Positions 8,612 through 17,166 of a DNA stretch of 31,193 bases are shown here, one piece after another (the stretch's first letter is position 1; every line of letters starts with the position of its first letter). The notes beneath the pieces were generated by a model, which saw nothing but the letters and a program-made list of their open reading frames with translations, did no database searches and was not told the origin of the DNA. The stretch is taken from positions 1-31,193 of the IMG/VR virus record IMGVR_UViG_3300017565_000182. One strand, written 5' to 3'. A program made the translations under genes and the position numbers. The DNA is from a virus. Its lineage: Duplodnaviria; Caudoviricetes.

Positions 8612-8814
8612 TTCTCCAACTCCTTCACACGTTTTTGTAACCGTAAATTCTCTTTTGTAAGGTACTGGACTGCATCCACTAATTCTTCCAAGGCCATGTT
8701 TTGCCAATTGTATGCATCATCAGGACATTGTTCTAATGTTTGACCGTATGTTTCAATCCCTTTCTTTTCTTGTTGGTCCAATATATCGTTTATCATCTGT
8801 TTAATTTTTCTCAT
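8608..8814 (-). CDS. Small all-alpha NTP pyrophosphohydrolase (MazG-like) protein
   Basis: KGIETYG...W...ALEELVDAVQY (EExxD); start probably MRKIKQM. Confidence 0.55.
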   Translation of the reverse strand: MRKIKQMINDILDQQEKKGIETYGQTLEQCPDDAYNWQNMALEELVDAVQYLTKENLRLQKRVKELEK

Positions 8815-8836
8815 TGGTTCCTCTCCCTTTACCGAT

Positions 8837-9196
8837 TCAGTTGTACACCATCTTTCCTTTTCTCTGACGCTGTATAACACTTAAATGACCTTTAATTGCT
8901 CTATCCATAATCAAGATGCCTATTTCATCTTCTGTGCGGTTAAAATGGACGGCTAGGCGTTCTACAGTTAATCCTTGATGATACAGGCGGTCAAACTCTT
9001 TGATATCTTCTTCGTACCATTCAAGGAACACGCCGTATGAATCAATATCATCTAAGGCGTAGTACACTTTCCCTGTTGCCATTCGTGTACGATCCGTGCG
9101 TTTTAACCCTTCAAACTGTTTCCGTTCCTCAATGTAGCTTTTCTCAAGCTTGTTAGTTGTTCGTAGATTTTTCGCTACTTCACAATGAATCCCCAT
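8837..9196 (-). CDS. HTH-domain phage protein
   Basis: W..EDI..F..LY.QGLTVERLAVHFNRTEDEI pattern, typical downstream of DnaC in Bacillus phages. Confidence 0.7.
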   Translation of the reverse strand: MGIHCEVAKNLRTTNKLEKSYIEERKQFEGLKRTDRTRMATGKVYYALDDIDSYGVFLEWYEEDIKEFDRLYHQGLTVERLAVHFNRTEDEIGILIMDRAIKGHLSVIQRQRKGKMVYN

Positions 9197-9374
9197 GATG
9201 CATCCCCTTTTCGAAATCTTCTATTTTTTGATCTAATATTTGTAATTGTTGTTCTAACCTGTCCAAGCCCTGCGTATTATTAATGCATGAACAACTTTCT
9301 ATATCCACCATTGAAGGAAAGGGCCTTGTAGCGAAGGTCCCTTCTCCGTTACACACCTTGCACATTGTCATCAC
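9180..9374 (-). CDS. Small Cys-motif protein
   Basis: CKVCNGEG...SCSC. Confidence 0.65.
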   Translation of the reverse strand: MMTMCKVCNGEGTFATRPFPSMVDIESCSCINNTQGLDRLEQQLQILDQKIEDFEKGMHHGDSL

Positions 9375-9376
9375 CC

Positions 9377-9598
9377 TTAAATCCCGTCATAGTTTGGATC
9401 ATCTAAAATATCCTTAATTGCTCCATGAAGTTCATCTTCAGGAACAGGTGACTCGATATGAAAACGAATGCCATTTAATTTCCGTTGTAACACCGCTATT
9501 TCTTCTAACAACTCTTCTGTTTGAATACGTGACATTCTCACTTCTGTAACAGTCGGTTCCGTTTCAATAAGCACTTGTAATTGTTTAATCCGTTTCAT
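9377..9598 (-). CDS. Hypothetical protein
   Basis: GAGGATGGAG RBS region; ORF in operon. Confidence 0.7.
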   Translation of the reverse strand: MKRIKQLQVLIETEPTVTEVRMSRIQTEELLEEIAVLQRKLNGIRFHIESPVPEDELHGAIKDILDDPNYDGI

Positions 9599-9610
9599 TT
9601 CTCCATCCTC

Positions 9611-10462
9611 CTAGAAAGGTAATTGTTCTTTTCGTTTATCTTTCGTATCTTTAAATGTCACATAGCGCGGTTTACGTAACAGGCGCGACACTACTTTCTT
9701 ATCGTACATAGCGAATAGCGCTTCTCCTGAGAGGTTAAATGTCACGATGGTAACTTTACCCTGCCTTGCATTCATAACGCCGTATAGGACACGCTGTACG
9801 AAGTCTGTAGCTGCTTTCAGTGTTTCAATCGCTCCTGTTTCAGCTCCTAAATCATCAAACACGAGATAATCCACACTTGATAGCAAATCGATGAAGTATT
9901 GCTCTGTATATTTACTTTCCTTATTGTTGAATGAATCTTTAATGAGACGTATCATTTCATCCACACTCACGAATAAGCATGTTTTCTTAGGATCTGCATC
10001 CCGATCATGGTTGTTTAACTCCTGAAGGGTTGCATAAGCTAAATGGCTTTTTCCTGCACCTGGAACACCTTGTAAGATGACGTTGAACACTTGTCCTTCT
10101 TTTAATTCCTTTAGGATATCCAGCATCAACTGTTTATTTTTTACTTCTTCAGGTTCTACCGCTGTATAATTTTGAAAGGTTGCGGTTAAAATAGTTTCAT
10201 CAGATACATGGCTTTCTTTATATAAGATGTTGTACTTACGGAGCTTTTCAAGTTGTTCGAATTTGCTGTTCTCAACTTGTTCAAGCTCTTTTTGTTGTTT
10301 CTCGACTTCACATCTAGGGCAAACCTCTTTTCCATCCACGATCATCATTTGGATAGGCTTAACCACATCTTCTCCACCTTTTCGGTAGGTATGCTTCATG
10401 CATTGGTTAGAAGTCAAGGCCATACTCTTGAGCAGACTTTCGGGCAGCTTCAGCTTTTCCAC
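9611..10462 (-). CDS. DnaC/IstB-like AAA+ helicase loader
   Basis: Walker A GVPGAGKSHL, Walker B LVFDDLGAE; follows the initiator; start probably GTG 10462. Confidence 0.92.
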   Translation of the reverse strand: MEKLKLPESLLKSMALTSNQCMKHTYRKGGEDVVKPIQMMIVDGKEVCPRCEVEKQQKELEQVENSKFEQLEKLRKYNILYKESHVSDETILTATFQNYTAVEPEEVKNKQLMLDILKELKEGQVFNVILQGVPGAGKSHLAYATLQELNNHDRDADPKKTCLFVSVDEMIRLIKDSFNNKESKYTEQYFIDLLSSVDYLVFDDLGAETGAIETLKAATDFVQRVLYGVMNARQGKVTIVTFNLSGEALFAMYDKKVVSRLLRKPRYVTFKDTKDKRKEQLPF

Positions 10463-11252
10463 TAGGAACACCACCTTTACTATTAGGTTTGTTCGCTTTA
10501 AACTCAGCTAAGTGAGCTTCTATCGCTTGTATATCTTTAGCGCCTACCTTTTCCCAATTAAGAAGAATTCCTTTAAGATAACCAAGTGAACGTTTATTCT
10601 CCTCTGATGCAACAATTAACGCTTTTAAGAGAGCTTCTTCCGTAAACCCATCATCTAAATATTTAAGGAAGTCATCTTTAGCGTACATGTTATTAAATCC
10701 AAATCCGTTATTATCCCAAAACTGAATGATTGTTGAAGTATCAACTGGATGACTACGACCACTAGTAGTTTTTTCTTTTTCTTTTTCTTTTTCTTTTTCT
10801 TTTTCTTTTTGTCCACTTGTCGTTGACGTATCGTAGACGTATCGTGAAAACTCATTTGAAATGGGTTCGCTAGGGATATGATTCATGATTTCCCACAACA
10901 ACGTTTTATCTTTAACCTCTGCTAATTCTTTCTTTACACAATCGATGATAGGCTTACCAGCTTTATAAAGGTTGTATTTACCCCAATGGATAATCGCAAG
11001 TTCTCGCGTCTCTTCGTTGTACTTAACCAACTTATGATTATTAATGAAGCGATCCAACAACGCTGTAACTGATTCAGTTGAATATCCTAAGTCAAAGGCC
11101 ATTTGTTTTTTAGTGATGGCATACACTCCAATTTGAGTGGTTTTAGGATTTGTTAAGAGATACAAGTAAAAGTATTTATCTTCAGGTGTCATTTCTTCCA
11201 ATACCTTTGGATCTTCCCAAAAGGCTGTATGAACGTGTCTGTATTTAGCCAT
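10407..11252 (-). CDS. Phage replication initiator with C-terminal DnaD-like domain
   Basis: FWEDPKV...DKYFYLYLLTNP N-terminus; (KE)6 linker; YLKGILLNW motif. Confidence 0.92.
   Translation of the reverse strand: MAKYRHVHTAFWEDPKVLEEMTPEDKYFYLYLLTNPKTTQIGVYAITKKQMAFDLGYSTESVTALLDRFINNHKLVKYNEETRELAIIHWGKYNLYKAGKPIIDCVKKELAEVKDKTLLWEIMNHIPSEPISNEFSRYVYDTSTTSGQKEKEKEKEKEKEKTTSGRSHPVDTSTIIQFWDNNGFGFNNMYAKDDFLKYLDDGFTEEALLKALIVASEENKRSLGYLKGILLNWEKVGAKDIQAIEAHLAEFKANKPNSKGGVPSGKAEAARKSAQEYGLDF
10770..10845. repeat. Probable phage replication origin inside the initiator gene
   Basis: (TTTTTC)x6 at 10770-10805; GACGTATCGT at 10825 and 10836 plus a degenerate copy at 10814 (11-bp period). Confidence 0.65.
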
Positions 11253-11271
11253 TTATAGCACTCCTTTAGTG

Positions 11272-11337
11272 TGTTATAATATCTGTACAAATTATTTTTA
11301 AAGTGTATTGATTCCGTGCGCCAACACGGGATTTTTT
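11272..11337 (+). promoter_or_regulatory. Antisense promoter plus terminator hairpin
   Basis: TGTTATAAT 11272-11280; stem ATTCCGTG/CACGGGAT 11311-11332 followed by a T-tract. Confidence 0.55.
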
Positions 11338-11500
11338 ATTCTTCTTCGTCAATGATTCCAATGTGAATCAAATACTCAAATGTGATATCTGCCACTTCAT
11401 CTAACTCTTCATCACCAGGAACTAACCCACGTTTTATGAGTTCACTGTGGAAAAACTCTTTAATCTTGTCGGTATCGATGACAACTTCTCTATATTCCAT
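11336..11500 (-). CDS. YozD-like small protein
   Basis: EVVIDTDKIKEFFHSELIKRGLVPGDEELDEVADITFEYL resembles the Bacillus YozD family; start at ATG 11500. Confidence 0.65.
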   Translation of the reverse strand: MEYREVVIDTDKIKEFFHSELIKRGLVPGDEELDEVADITFEYLIHIGIIDEEE

Positions 11501-11514
11501 GTGATCAGCTCCCT

Positions 11515-12261
11515 TCAAGCTACCTCTGATGGTTTGTAACCTAACCCTGTTAACAATTCATGAAGGAACAGTCTGCCTTTTTGTGTCCATTTGTTATGAG
11601 TGCGACCATCAGGATAAGTGTGAGAGTGCATGTACCCTTCTTCTTTATACTTGGCATATAAAAACCACTGACCGCTCTTTTTGTACTGAATCTCCTGCTC
11701 ATGAAGCAAGTTGTTCAATGCTTGTGGAGAACGAAAACCATAATCTTGAGCAATCGTTGATGTTGTGACAAGTGCATTAGAAGCAAGTATTTGATCGTAA
11801 TAATCTGCTTTTGGTTTGGTGATTGATAATTCTTGACTAAGTTCCATGTTGTGTGATTCAAGTTTTTCATTTTGTTCAATCAACTGGACTGACAATAGAA
11901 GCGCTTCTTTAAGTGAAGTAGGTGTTTTATATTGCTGCTTTGTATAATAATCATCAACCAACGTCTCATAAGCGTCCCAAGCTTCATCAGTATTCAAAGA
12001 TTTAGCATGTAGCCAAGCTCCTTTTTCTGTCCAAAGATACAATTTATTAATATTTGGCGACAGGTCAATTTGACCGGTTGTCCTAAACTCTTGTAAATCC
12101 CCTCTTTCCAAGAGTATGAAATGTTTACCTTTCTTGTAACGTTCACGATTACGATTGAAGTTGCGGTTAATTCTTTCTGAATCTGTTCCGTACGCTTCCG
12201 CTAACTGCTGAGTAGTCAATACACGTGTTCCGTATCGTTCGATAACCTGTAAATCCTCCAT
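11515..12261 (-). CDS. Phage antirepressor (ORF6N + KilAC/ANT domains)
   Basis: RVLTTQQLAEAYGT...LYLWTEKGAWLHAKSLNTD; KPKADYYDQIL...WTQKGRLFL. Confidence 0.9.
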   Translation of the reverse strand: MEDLQVIERYGTRVLTTQQLAEAYGTDSERINRNFNRNRERYKKGKHFILLERGDLQEFRTTGQIDLSPNINKLYLWTEKGAWLHAKSLNTDEAWDAYETLVDDYYTKQQYKTPTSLKEALLLSVQLIEQNEKLESHNMELSQELSITKPKADYYDQILASNALVTTSTIAQDYGFRSPQALNNLLHEQEIQYKKSGQWFLYAKYKEEGYMHSHTYPDGRTHNKWTQKGRLFLHELLTGLGYKPSEVA

Positions 12262-12284
12262 TTACTTCTCTCCTTTTTCACATC

Positions 12285-12902
12285 TCATTTACCTATGATT
12301 TCTTTTTCTTCGTAAGTAACAAACTTAACGTTCGAAGGTAAAACACAAGCTAAAGATTTACCTACAGCAATCCCATTTTGACAACCATAAACATTCATAT
12401 ACCTTTGTAATTGATCCAAATGCCTTAGATTGAAATCACCTAGTTTTATTTCTACTGGTATATTTACACTTTCTTTTTCTAACCAAAAATCAGGTATGTG
12501 TTTAGGGTCATTCTTTAACTTAACGATTTTATAGCTGTCACCTAAATGCTTTTTGAAATTGTTTTTAAACCATTTGTGTATATCTCTTTCGTTCGGTAAA
12601 GAATCTGAAAAATTCTTTGTTATCATGAATGAAATCGAGGAAAACATGAATGTTAGTTCGCTTTTTCTTTTGCAAATGATTTCAGCCAATTCAACCATCT
12701 TTAAGTTTCTTGATAACAATAAGGATTCTTTATAAGACAAAAATGAAGCTATTTCGAGAAGATCTAAAGAATCGACTAATTCTTTTTTAAATACAATCAA
12801 CTCTTTATGATTTTCGTTGTCTTTATCCAATTTGAACAATTTCACAACTTCTTCACTTTTGACGAATAAAACATCGTCTTTTTCTATAATGATTTCACTC
12901 AT
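12285..12902 (-). CDS. PD-(D/E)XK nuclease-like protein (NucS C-terminal-like)
   Basis: ERDIHKWF...PDFW...VEIK...QLQRYM...GIAVG. Confidence 0.65.
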   Translation of the reverse strand: MSEIIIEKDDVLFVKSEEVVKLFKLDKDNENHKELIVFKKELVDSLDLLEIASFLSYKESLLLSRNLKMVELAEIICKRKSELTFMFSSISFMITKNFSDSLPNERDIHKWFKNNFKKHLGDSYKIVKLKNDPKHIPDFWLEKESVNIPVEIKLGDFNLRHLDQLQRYMNVYGCQNGIAVGKSLACVLPSNVKFVTYEEKEIIGK

Positions 12903-12915
12903 TTCCCCATCCCCT

Positions 12916-13161
12916 TTACGCTTCTTGCTTTTGTTTTCTTACAAGTAAATCAGTGATTTCGCAATTAAGATGGAAGCAAAGTGTTTCGAGTGTATCTAAG
13001 TTAATCCCCATTGCTTCGTTCTTTTTCAAGCGACTTAATGTTTCGCGGCTAATCTTTGTAATTTCACTCAACTGGTTAATTGACTTGATACGGTTTTGCC
13101 ACATTAAATCTTCAAGCTGTATTTTGATGTTGTGATTAATCACGCGTTTTTTCTTTTCCAT
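12916..13161 (-). CDS. Cro/C1-type HTH regulator
   Basis: IKSINQLSEITKISRETLSRL...LDTLETLCFHLNCEITDLL. Confidence 0.9.
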   Translation of the reverse strand: MEKKKRVINHNIKIQLEDLMWQNRIKSINQLSEITKISRETLSRLKKNEAMGINLDTLETLCFHLNCEITDLLVRKQKQEA

Positions 13162-13198
13162 TATTTACACCTCGCTTTCTTAACTAGCTTGTATTATG

Positions 13199-13285
13199 AT
13201 TGTATTATATCTCATACAATAAAGCAATATACATCATCCAAATTTTTAAAATAAATTTGCTATTGAGTTCATAACTTCATACAAT
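13199..13285. promoter_or_regulatory. Divergent sigma-A promoters with an inverted repeat
   Basis: Minus TTGCTT-17-TACAAT (13227-13199); plus TTGCTA-17-TACAAT (13257-13285); ATTGTAT-N8-ATACAAT at 13199-13220. Confidence 0.65.
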
Positions 13286-13309
13286 ATTGCATATAACTAA
13301 AATTGAGAG

Positions 13310-13561
13310 GTGGACAAGTTGAAACAAGTAAAGATAAAACTTCATGAACTTATGGGTAAACACAAGATCAGGAGTATTAATAAATTGTCTATTGAAACAG
13401 GTATCACACGACAAACATTAACCAGGATGTATAATGAAGAATCTACACAGCTCGATTTTGCGACAATCGGTAAACTATGTGATTTCTTCGATTGTGATGT
13501 TGGTGAACTTCTTGTTTTGGTTGATGAACCTGAACAAGATAGCAGTGGGGAGAGCGAGTAA
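13310..13561 (+). CDS. Cro/C1-type HTH regulator, paralogous to 12916..13161
   Basis: IRSINKLSIETGITRQTLTRM...FATIGKLCDFFDCDVGELL. Confidence 0.9.
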   Translation: MDKLKQVKIKLHELMGKHKIRSINKLSIETGITRQTLTRMYNEESTQLDFATIGKLCDFFDCDVGELLVLVDEPEQDSSGESE

Positions 13562-13570
13562 CACCGCTCT

Positions 13571-13936
13571 CTATTTAATTAGTTCAGGATTTTCGAACAC
13601 GTTCCCGATCACCGTAATTCCTTTCACAAAACCTTGAGGTACAGTGAAGCCGTAATTAAAAAACTCGATTAACCGTTTATACTCCATATACGCTGGTGCA
13701 TCTGCATCTCCAAAAGCTTGGCTTAGATTACGCATCTTATATGAAACGATATCTCCTTCATAAATCTCCACGCCGTTTACATCTTTCATCCCTGTATATT
13801 GCAGGAATATATATCTTTCTTGTGCTGCTTCAATTAATTCACTCATAAAGGCTAGTTTCATATGTTCTTCCACATACGCTTTGTCATACATTTCTTTTTC
13901 AACCTTGCACCAATAACGAAATTTAACTTCTCTCAT
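13571..13936 (-). CDS. YopX family protein
   Basis: MREVKFR...QYTGMKDVNGVEIYEGDIV...VIGNVFENPEL. Confidence 0.92.
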   Translation of the reverse strand: MREVKFRYWCKVEKEMYDKAYVEEHMKLAFMSELIEAAQERYIFLQYTGMKDVNGVEIYEGDIVSYKMRNLSQAFGDADAPAYMEYKRLIEFFNYGFTVPQGFVKGITVIGNVFENPELIK

Positions 13937-14109
13937 TTTTCTTCATCCTCCCTTTTGTTTAACTCCCAACGCATAGAAATTATTAAACACACGGCTATGA
14001 TCGTAAAAATCTTACCTGTGAGAATATGAGTAGAGAAGTTTTGTACACCAGTTATAAAAAGAACGGTGATGATTATTGTTTCTAATGCACTTTCGATAAA
14101 ACGTTTCAT
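13933..14109 (-). CDS. Small two-TM membrane protein
   Basis: Start ATG 14109 (GAGGGGG RBS); two hydrophobic stretches. Confidence 0.6.
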   Translation of the reverse strand: MKRFIESALETIIITVLFITGVQNFSTHILTGKIFTIIAVCLIISMRWELNKREDEEK

Positions 14110-14284
14110 TCCTTCCCCCCTCAATACATTCTCGAACTCAGTCGTTCCCGAATCGTTTTCTGTTTGGGTTTCCCTCCGCACTTTTTCTGTGACAGGGTAT
14201 CATTTAATTGTTTGATTTCTTTTCGTAGACAAGCGATTTCTTCTTTTAAGGTGCGGGCGCAATTCAATTTGGTTTCATCCTCTC

Positions 14285-14656
14285 TTATTTAGTGAGTAAT
14301 TCCTTCCAACCAACCGTTACACTTAATACACCAGCTGGTTGTTTTTTATGTTCTTTTAAACGTTTATCTCCTTCACCTCTTGATTTTGTTGCATGACTAG
14401 GATTGCTAGGGCATTCCATACCTTGAAAAAATCCGAACATCTTACAAATTTCAGGGCGTGATTCATATACAGCACATTGTTTGTATTTTGTATCAAAGAA
14501 GATACAAGACATTTCTTCTCGTTTTTGGCTTCTTAAACGGGAAACTACACGGTTAGGCATAGCTTCCACAGCTTCTTTTAGTGCATTAAATTCACTTTTA
14601 GTAATAGGTACAGGTCCACAACATTCGCCGCACTGAGTACATTTAAAATCTTTCAT
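14285..14656 (-). CDS. YkgJ-family CxxCxxCC cysteine-cluster protein
   Basis: FKCTQCGECC...CIFFD...CAVYESRPEICKMF. Confidence 0.88.
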   Translation of the reverse strand: MKDFKCTQCGECCGPVPITKSEFNALKEAVEAMPNRVVSRLRSQKREEMSCIFFDTKYKQCAVYESRPEICKMFGFFQGMECPSNPSHATKSRGEGDKRLKEHKKQPAGVLSVTVGWKELLTK

Positions 14657-14683
14657 TTCCCCACAACCTTTCTCACCACATTT

Positions 14684-15166
14684 TTAAATTTCATTTAGTC
14701 TTGCAAATTCTCCGTGGTACTCTATAGCTTTCAAGTTATATGCTTTCGCTGCTTCTATCTCTTTTTCAAAATAGCCAAGATGCGTCGATTTGTTGTTACG
14801 GTAAATACAAGCTCTCCACTTTTTGTTTGCTTCGTGCCAAGAGACACCTTTGTACTTAGATGAAGTGCTTTTATTTTTGTATGACCTTGATTTCTTGCGG
14901 TTTTGCGAATTGCCTTTTCTATCAGTAATTCTTAAATTCTCTTTACGATTATCTAATTTATCACCATTGATATGATCCACGACTTCTCCTGGTTTGGCAT
15001 TCATAATGAAACGGTGTAATCTAAAGGTTTTTCGTTCCCCTTTGTTATAAGGTCGAGCAAACGCATAACCAGTGGTATCGATTGCCCAACTCTCATTATT
15101 AACCCTTTCAAAATCATCTTCATCGACTATGAGAACATGGCCTCTTTTCAAAATTATCTCTTTCAT
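14684..15166 (-). CDS. HNH-AP2 homing endonuclease
   Basis: LHRFIM...VDHINGDKLDNRKENLR; SKYKGVSW...KWRA...HLGYF...AAKAYN; TAATG coupling at 15166. Confidence 0.92.
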   Translation of the reverse strand: MKEIILKRGHVLIVDEDDFERVNNESWAIDTTGYAFARPYNKGERKTFRLHRFIMNAKPGEVVDHINGDKLDNRKENLRITDRKGNSQNRKKSRSYKNKSTSSKYKGVSWHEANKKWRACIYRNNKSTHLGYFEKEIEAAKAYNLKAIEYHGEFARLNEI

Positions 15167-15972
15167 TACCACATACTCCGTTGTTGACCAAAGGTACCGC
15201 CTAACCATTCTTCAAAAGGCATATTCAACGTATCTTCTTCATTTAAGAAGTATTCATGTTGTAGCTTTTCGAACATTTCTTTTACTGTGATATCTTTCTT
15301 TTTTAGCTTTCGTCTTACTTCTGTCCACTCAGTAGCAGGAGTACCAAACCACTCATAAAACGTATTCCATAAATCAGGATCAACCGAATGAACCAGCTCC
15401 CACATACCTTGTACAACCTTCACCGTGTTCCCTTGAGCACCTTTTTCCCAAATACGCTGTTTAAATACGGCTTGTCCTAGTGTTAAGAAGTTGAATTGGA
15501 ACACGAATGTATTAAGTTTGGCGGCAATTGGCATAGCTGCACGGGCTACTTGAGGTGTTTCACCTAACGATAATAAGGTTTGGTAATGGTTCATCGATAA
15601 GGAAACCGCCTTACGAACGTCATTAACGTCTTTTACTTTGTCACTAGGTAAAGTAAAGTCATCACTTGTTAACGCTCTATTTCCGCCTGCTACACGCATA
15701 TTACGAGTGGTATAAGTAACTAGATGATCGTAGACCTCTTTGGATACATCGTTAAATTCAAACTCAACAATTTCACCTCTGAAGATTTCCGGGACGTGAC
15801 CTTGTCTCACGATACCTAAAGGACGGCGTGTATTTTCGATATCTTTCTTTCCTAAATACCGTGCTGCGTTTCGTGCTAAGTTCAAGCGTTCAGGATCACT
15901 GTAGCGTGTCATGGTAATGCTGAATGTATCCCCTTGATAAGTTTTAACTCCATTGTTTTCGATGATTGACAT
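15166..15972 (-). CDS. Divergent ThyX-like (flavin-dependent thymidylate synthase fold) protein
   Basis: ThyX-like layout (GH..., FEFNDVS...HLV, YQTLLSLG...QVARAAMP, FNF, R...AQ) but no RHR-X7-S motif. Confidence 0.6.
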   Translation of the reverse strand: MSIIENNGVKTYQGDTFSITMTRYSDPERLNLARNAARYLGKKDIENTRRPLGIVRQGHVPEIFRGEIVEFEFNDVSKEVYDHLVTYTTRNMRVAGGNRALTSDDFTLPSDKVKDVNDVRKAVSLSMNHYQTLLSLGETPQVARAAMPIAAKLNTFVFQFNFLTLGQAVFKQRIWEKGAQGNTVKVVQGMWELVHSVDPDLWNTFYEWFGTPATEWTEVRRKLKKKDITVKEMFEKLQHEYFLNEEDTLNMPFEEWLGGTFGQQRSMW

Positions 15973-15990
15973 TTAACTCTCTCCCTTTAA

Positions 15991-16671
15991 TTAAGATGTT
16001 TTTTTAGTTTGAACTGGTGTAGATACTGCTTTTTCTAAACTCCAACCTAATTTACCAACACGTAAATGCACAAGATTCGCACTAACTCCATTACGTGCCA
16101 TTAGTTCTAATTGTTCGTCTGTAAAGCCTTTAGGTTTCCGAGTTGGTGTACTAACTGCTTTATCAGCGTCCCAACCAAGTCGATTAATACGAGTCATAAC
16201 CGTATTGATACTAAGTTTGTTTCTATTCATGGTTTGTTCTTGTTTTTCTGTTAAAACTCTTTTTCGTTTCGTAGACTGAGTAACAGCTCGTCCTTCATCC
16301 CAATTTTGGATATAAAGACGTTTATATAAGACGCGATAAGGAATGCCATTCGCTTCAGCTAGTTTCACTAAATGAGCAGGAACTTTACCACCTCGCTTCT
16401 TTGCTCTTTTCGATCTTGGCATAACAGGCGTTGAGATAGCACGTTCTATATCCCACCCATAATCATTTATACGGTTGTACAAAGTACCGTAAGAAACTCC
16501 GATTGAAGCTGCTTGTTGAATATCTTCATCTGTTAAGACACGATGAGCATTAACGGGAATGTTAATTGCTTGTTTCATAGGCCAATCTTCAGCAAGGCGG
16601 CGAAGTAACGTTTCGTATGAAATCCCGTTTTCTGCTGCTATTTTGCGTTGTTCAACTGTCGGTTTCATCAC
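15991..16671 (-). CDS. Protein with five tandem ~45-aa repeats (NGI...R....W...A...P; SA1788/PVL ORF50-like)
   Basis: Five aligned repeats visible in the translation. Confidence 0.8.
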   Translation of the reverse strand: MMKPTVEQRKIAAENGISYETLLRRLAEDWPMKQAINIPVNAHRVLTDEDIQQAASIGVSYGTLYNRINDYGWDIERAISTPVMPRSKRAKKRGGKVPAHLVKLAEANGIPYRVLYKRLYIQNWDEGRAVTQSTKRKRVLTEKQEQTMNRNKLSINTVMTRINRLGWDADKAVSTPTRKPKGFTDEQLELMARNGVSANLVHLRVGKLGWSLEKAVSTPVQTKKTS

Positions 16672-17036
16672 TCTCCCTCCTTTGTAAGCTTCATGAACTT
16701 ATCTTTATCTCTTTTATCTAACGCTTCATTAATCCAGTGTTTACGGGCGTTCTCTTTCACGTTTTCTTGTAAGAAGGTAAAGAGGTTTGTTACATCGGTT
16801 TGATCCTTTGGATACAGCGTCATTTCTTCGTTTGGCAACTCTTCAATATGTTCATAATGCTTGTACGAAATGTATTGAATCGAATCAACAGGGATTTCAG
16901 GATCGTTACTTGCTGTTACCTTCACACTCATGTAGCTGTTTTCTTCGGTTTCTTCATTAAATACACAATGAACTTTGCCCTCGTACCCCATTAAATGATA
17001 TTTGATTAGATCGCCTTTCATATAACCAACTCTCAT
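16668..17036 (-). CDS. IDEAL-domain protein
   Basis: C-terminal INEALDKRDKDKFMKLT. Confidence 0.75.
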   Translation of the reverse strand: MRVGYMKGDLIKYHLMGYEGKVHCVFNEETEENSYMSVKVTASNDPEIPVDSIQYISYKHYEHIEELPNEEMTLYPKDQTDVTNLFTFLQENVKENARKHWINEALDKRDKDKFMKLTKEGE

Positions 17037-17051
17037 TTCCCCATCTCCTTT

Positions 17052-17165
17052 TTATTCTTGAATCTCTTCATGCTCCACGTAACAACCGCAAGAGCATGAG
17101 AGTTTAACTTCTATCTGACACGACCACAATTCAAACTGACAGAGGTTACAGAAATACCGGAACAC
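17052..17165 (-). CDS. Small Cys-rich peptide, 37 aa
   Basis: GTG start; YFCNLC...SCSCG; fills the intergenic gap; weak RBS. Confidence 0.4.
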   Translation of the reverse strand: MFRYFCNLCQFELWSCQIEVKLSCSCGCYVEHEEIQE

Positions 17166-17166
17166 T

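Noticed and set aside
10655-10855. Poly-lysine ORF or phase-variable tract
   Set aside because: Alternate frame of the in-frame 6-bp (KE)n linker common in phage initiators; unit changes would keep the frame.
13593-13606. CGAACACGTTCC as an SOS box
   Set aside because: Only 2 nt between GAAC and GTTC, and it lies inside a coding region.
14120-14280. Possible frameshifted small gene (MNCARTLKEE... / NDTLSQKK...)
   Set aside because: No recognisable family, so it cannot be told apart from chance short ORFs without homologs.
14684-15208. Group I intron interrupting the thyX-like gene
   Set aside because: The HNH gene starts at the thyX-like stop (TAATG); no intron core or downstream exon is apparent.
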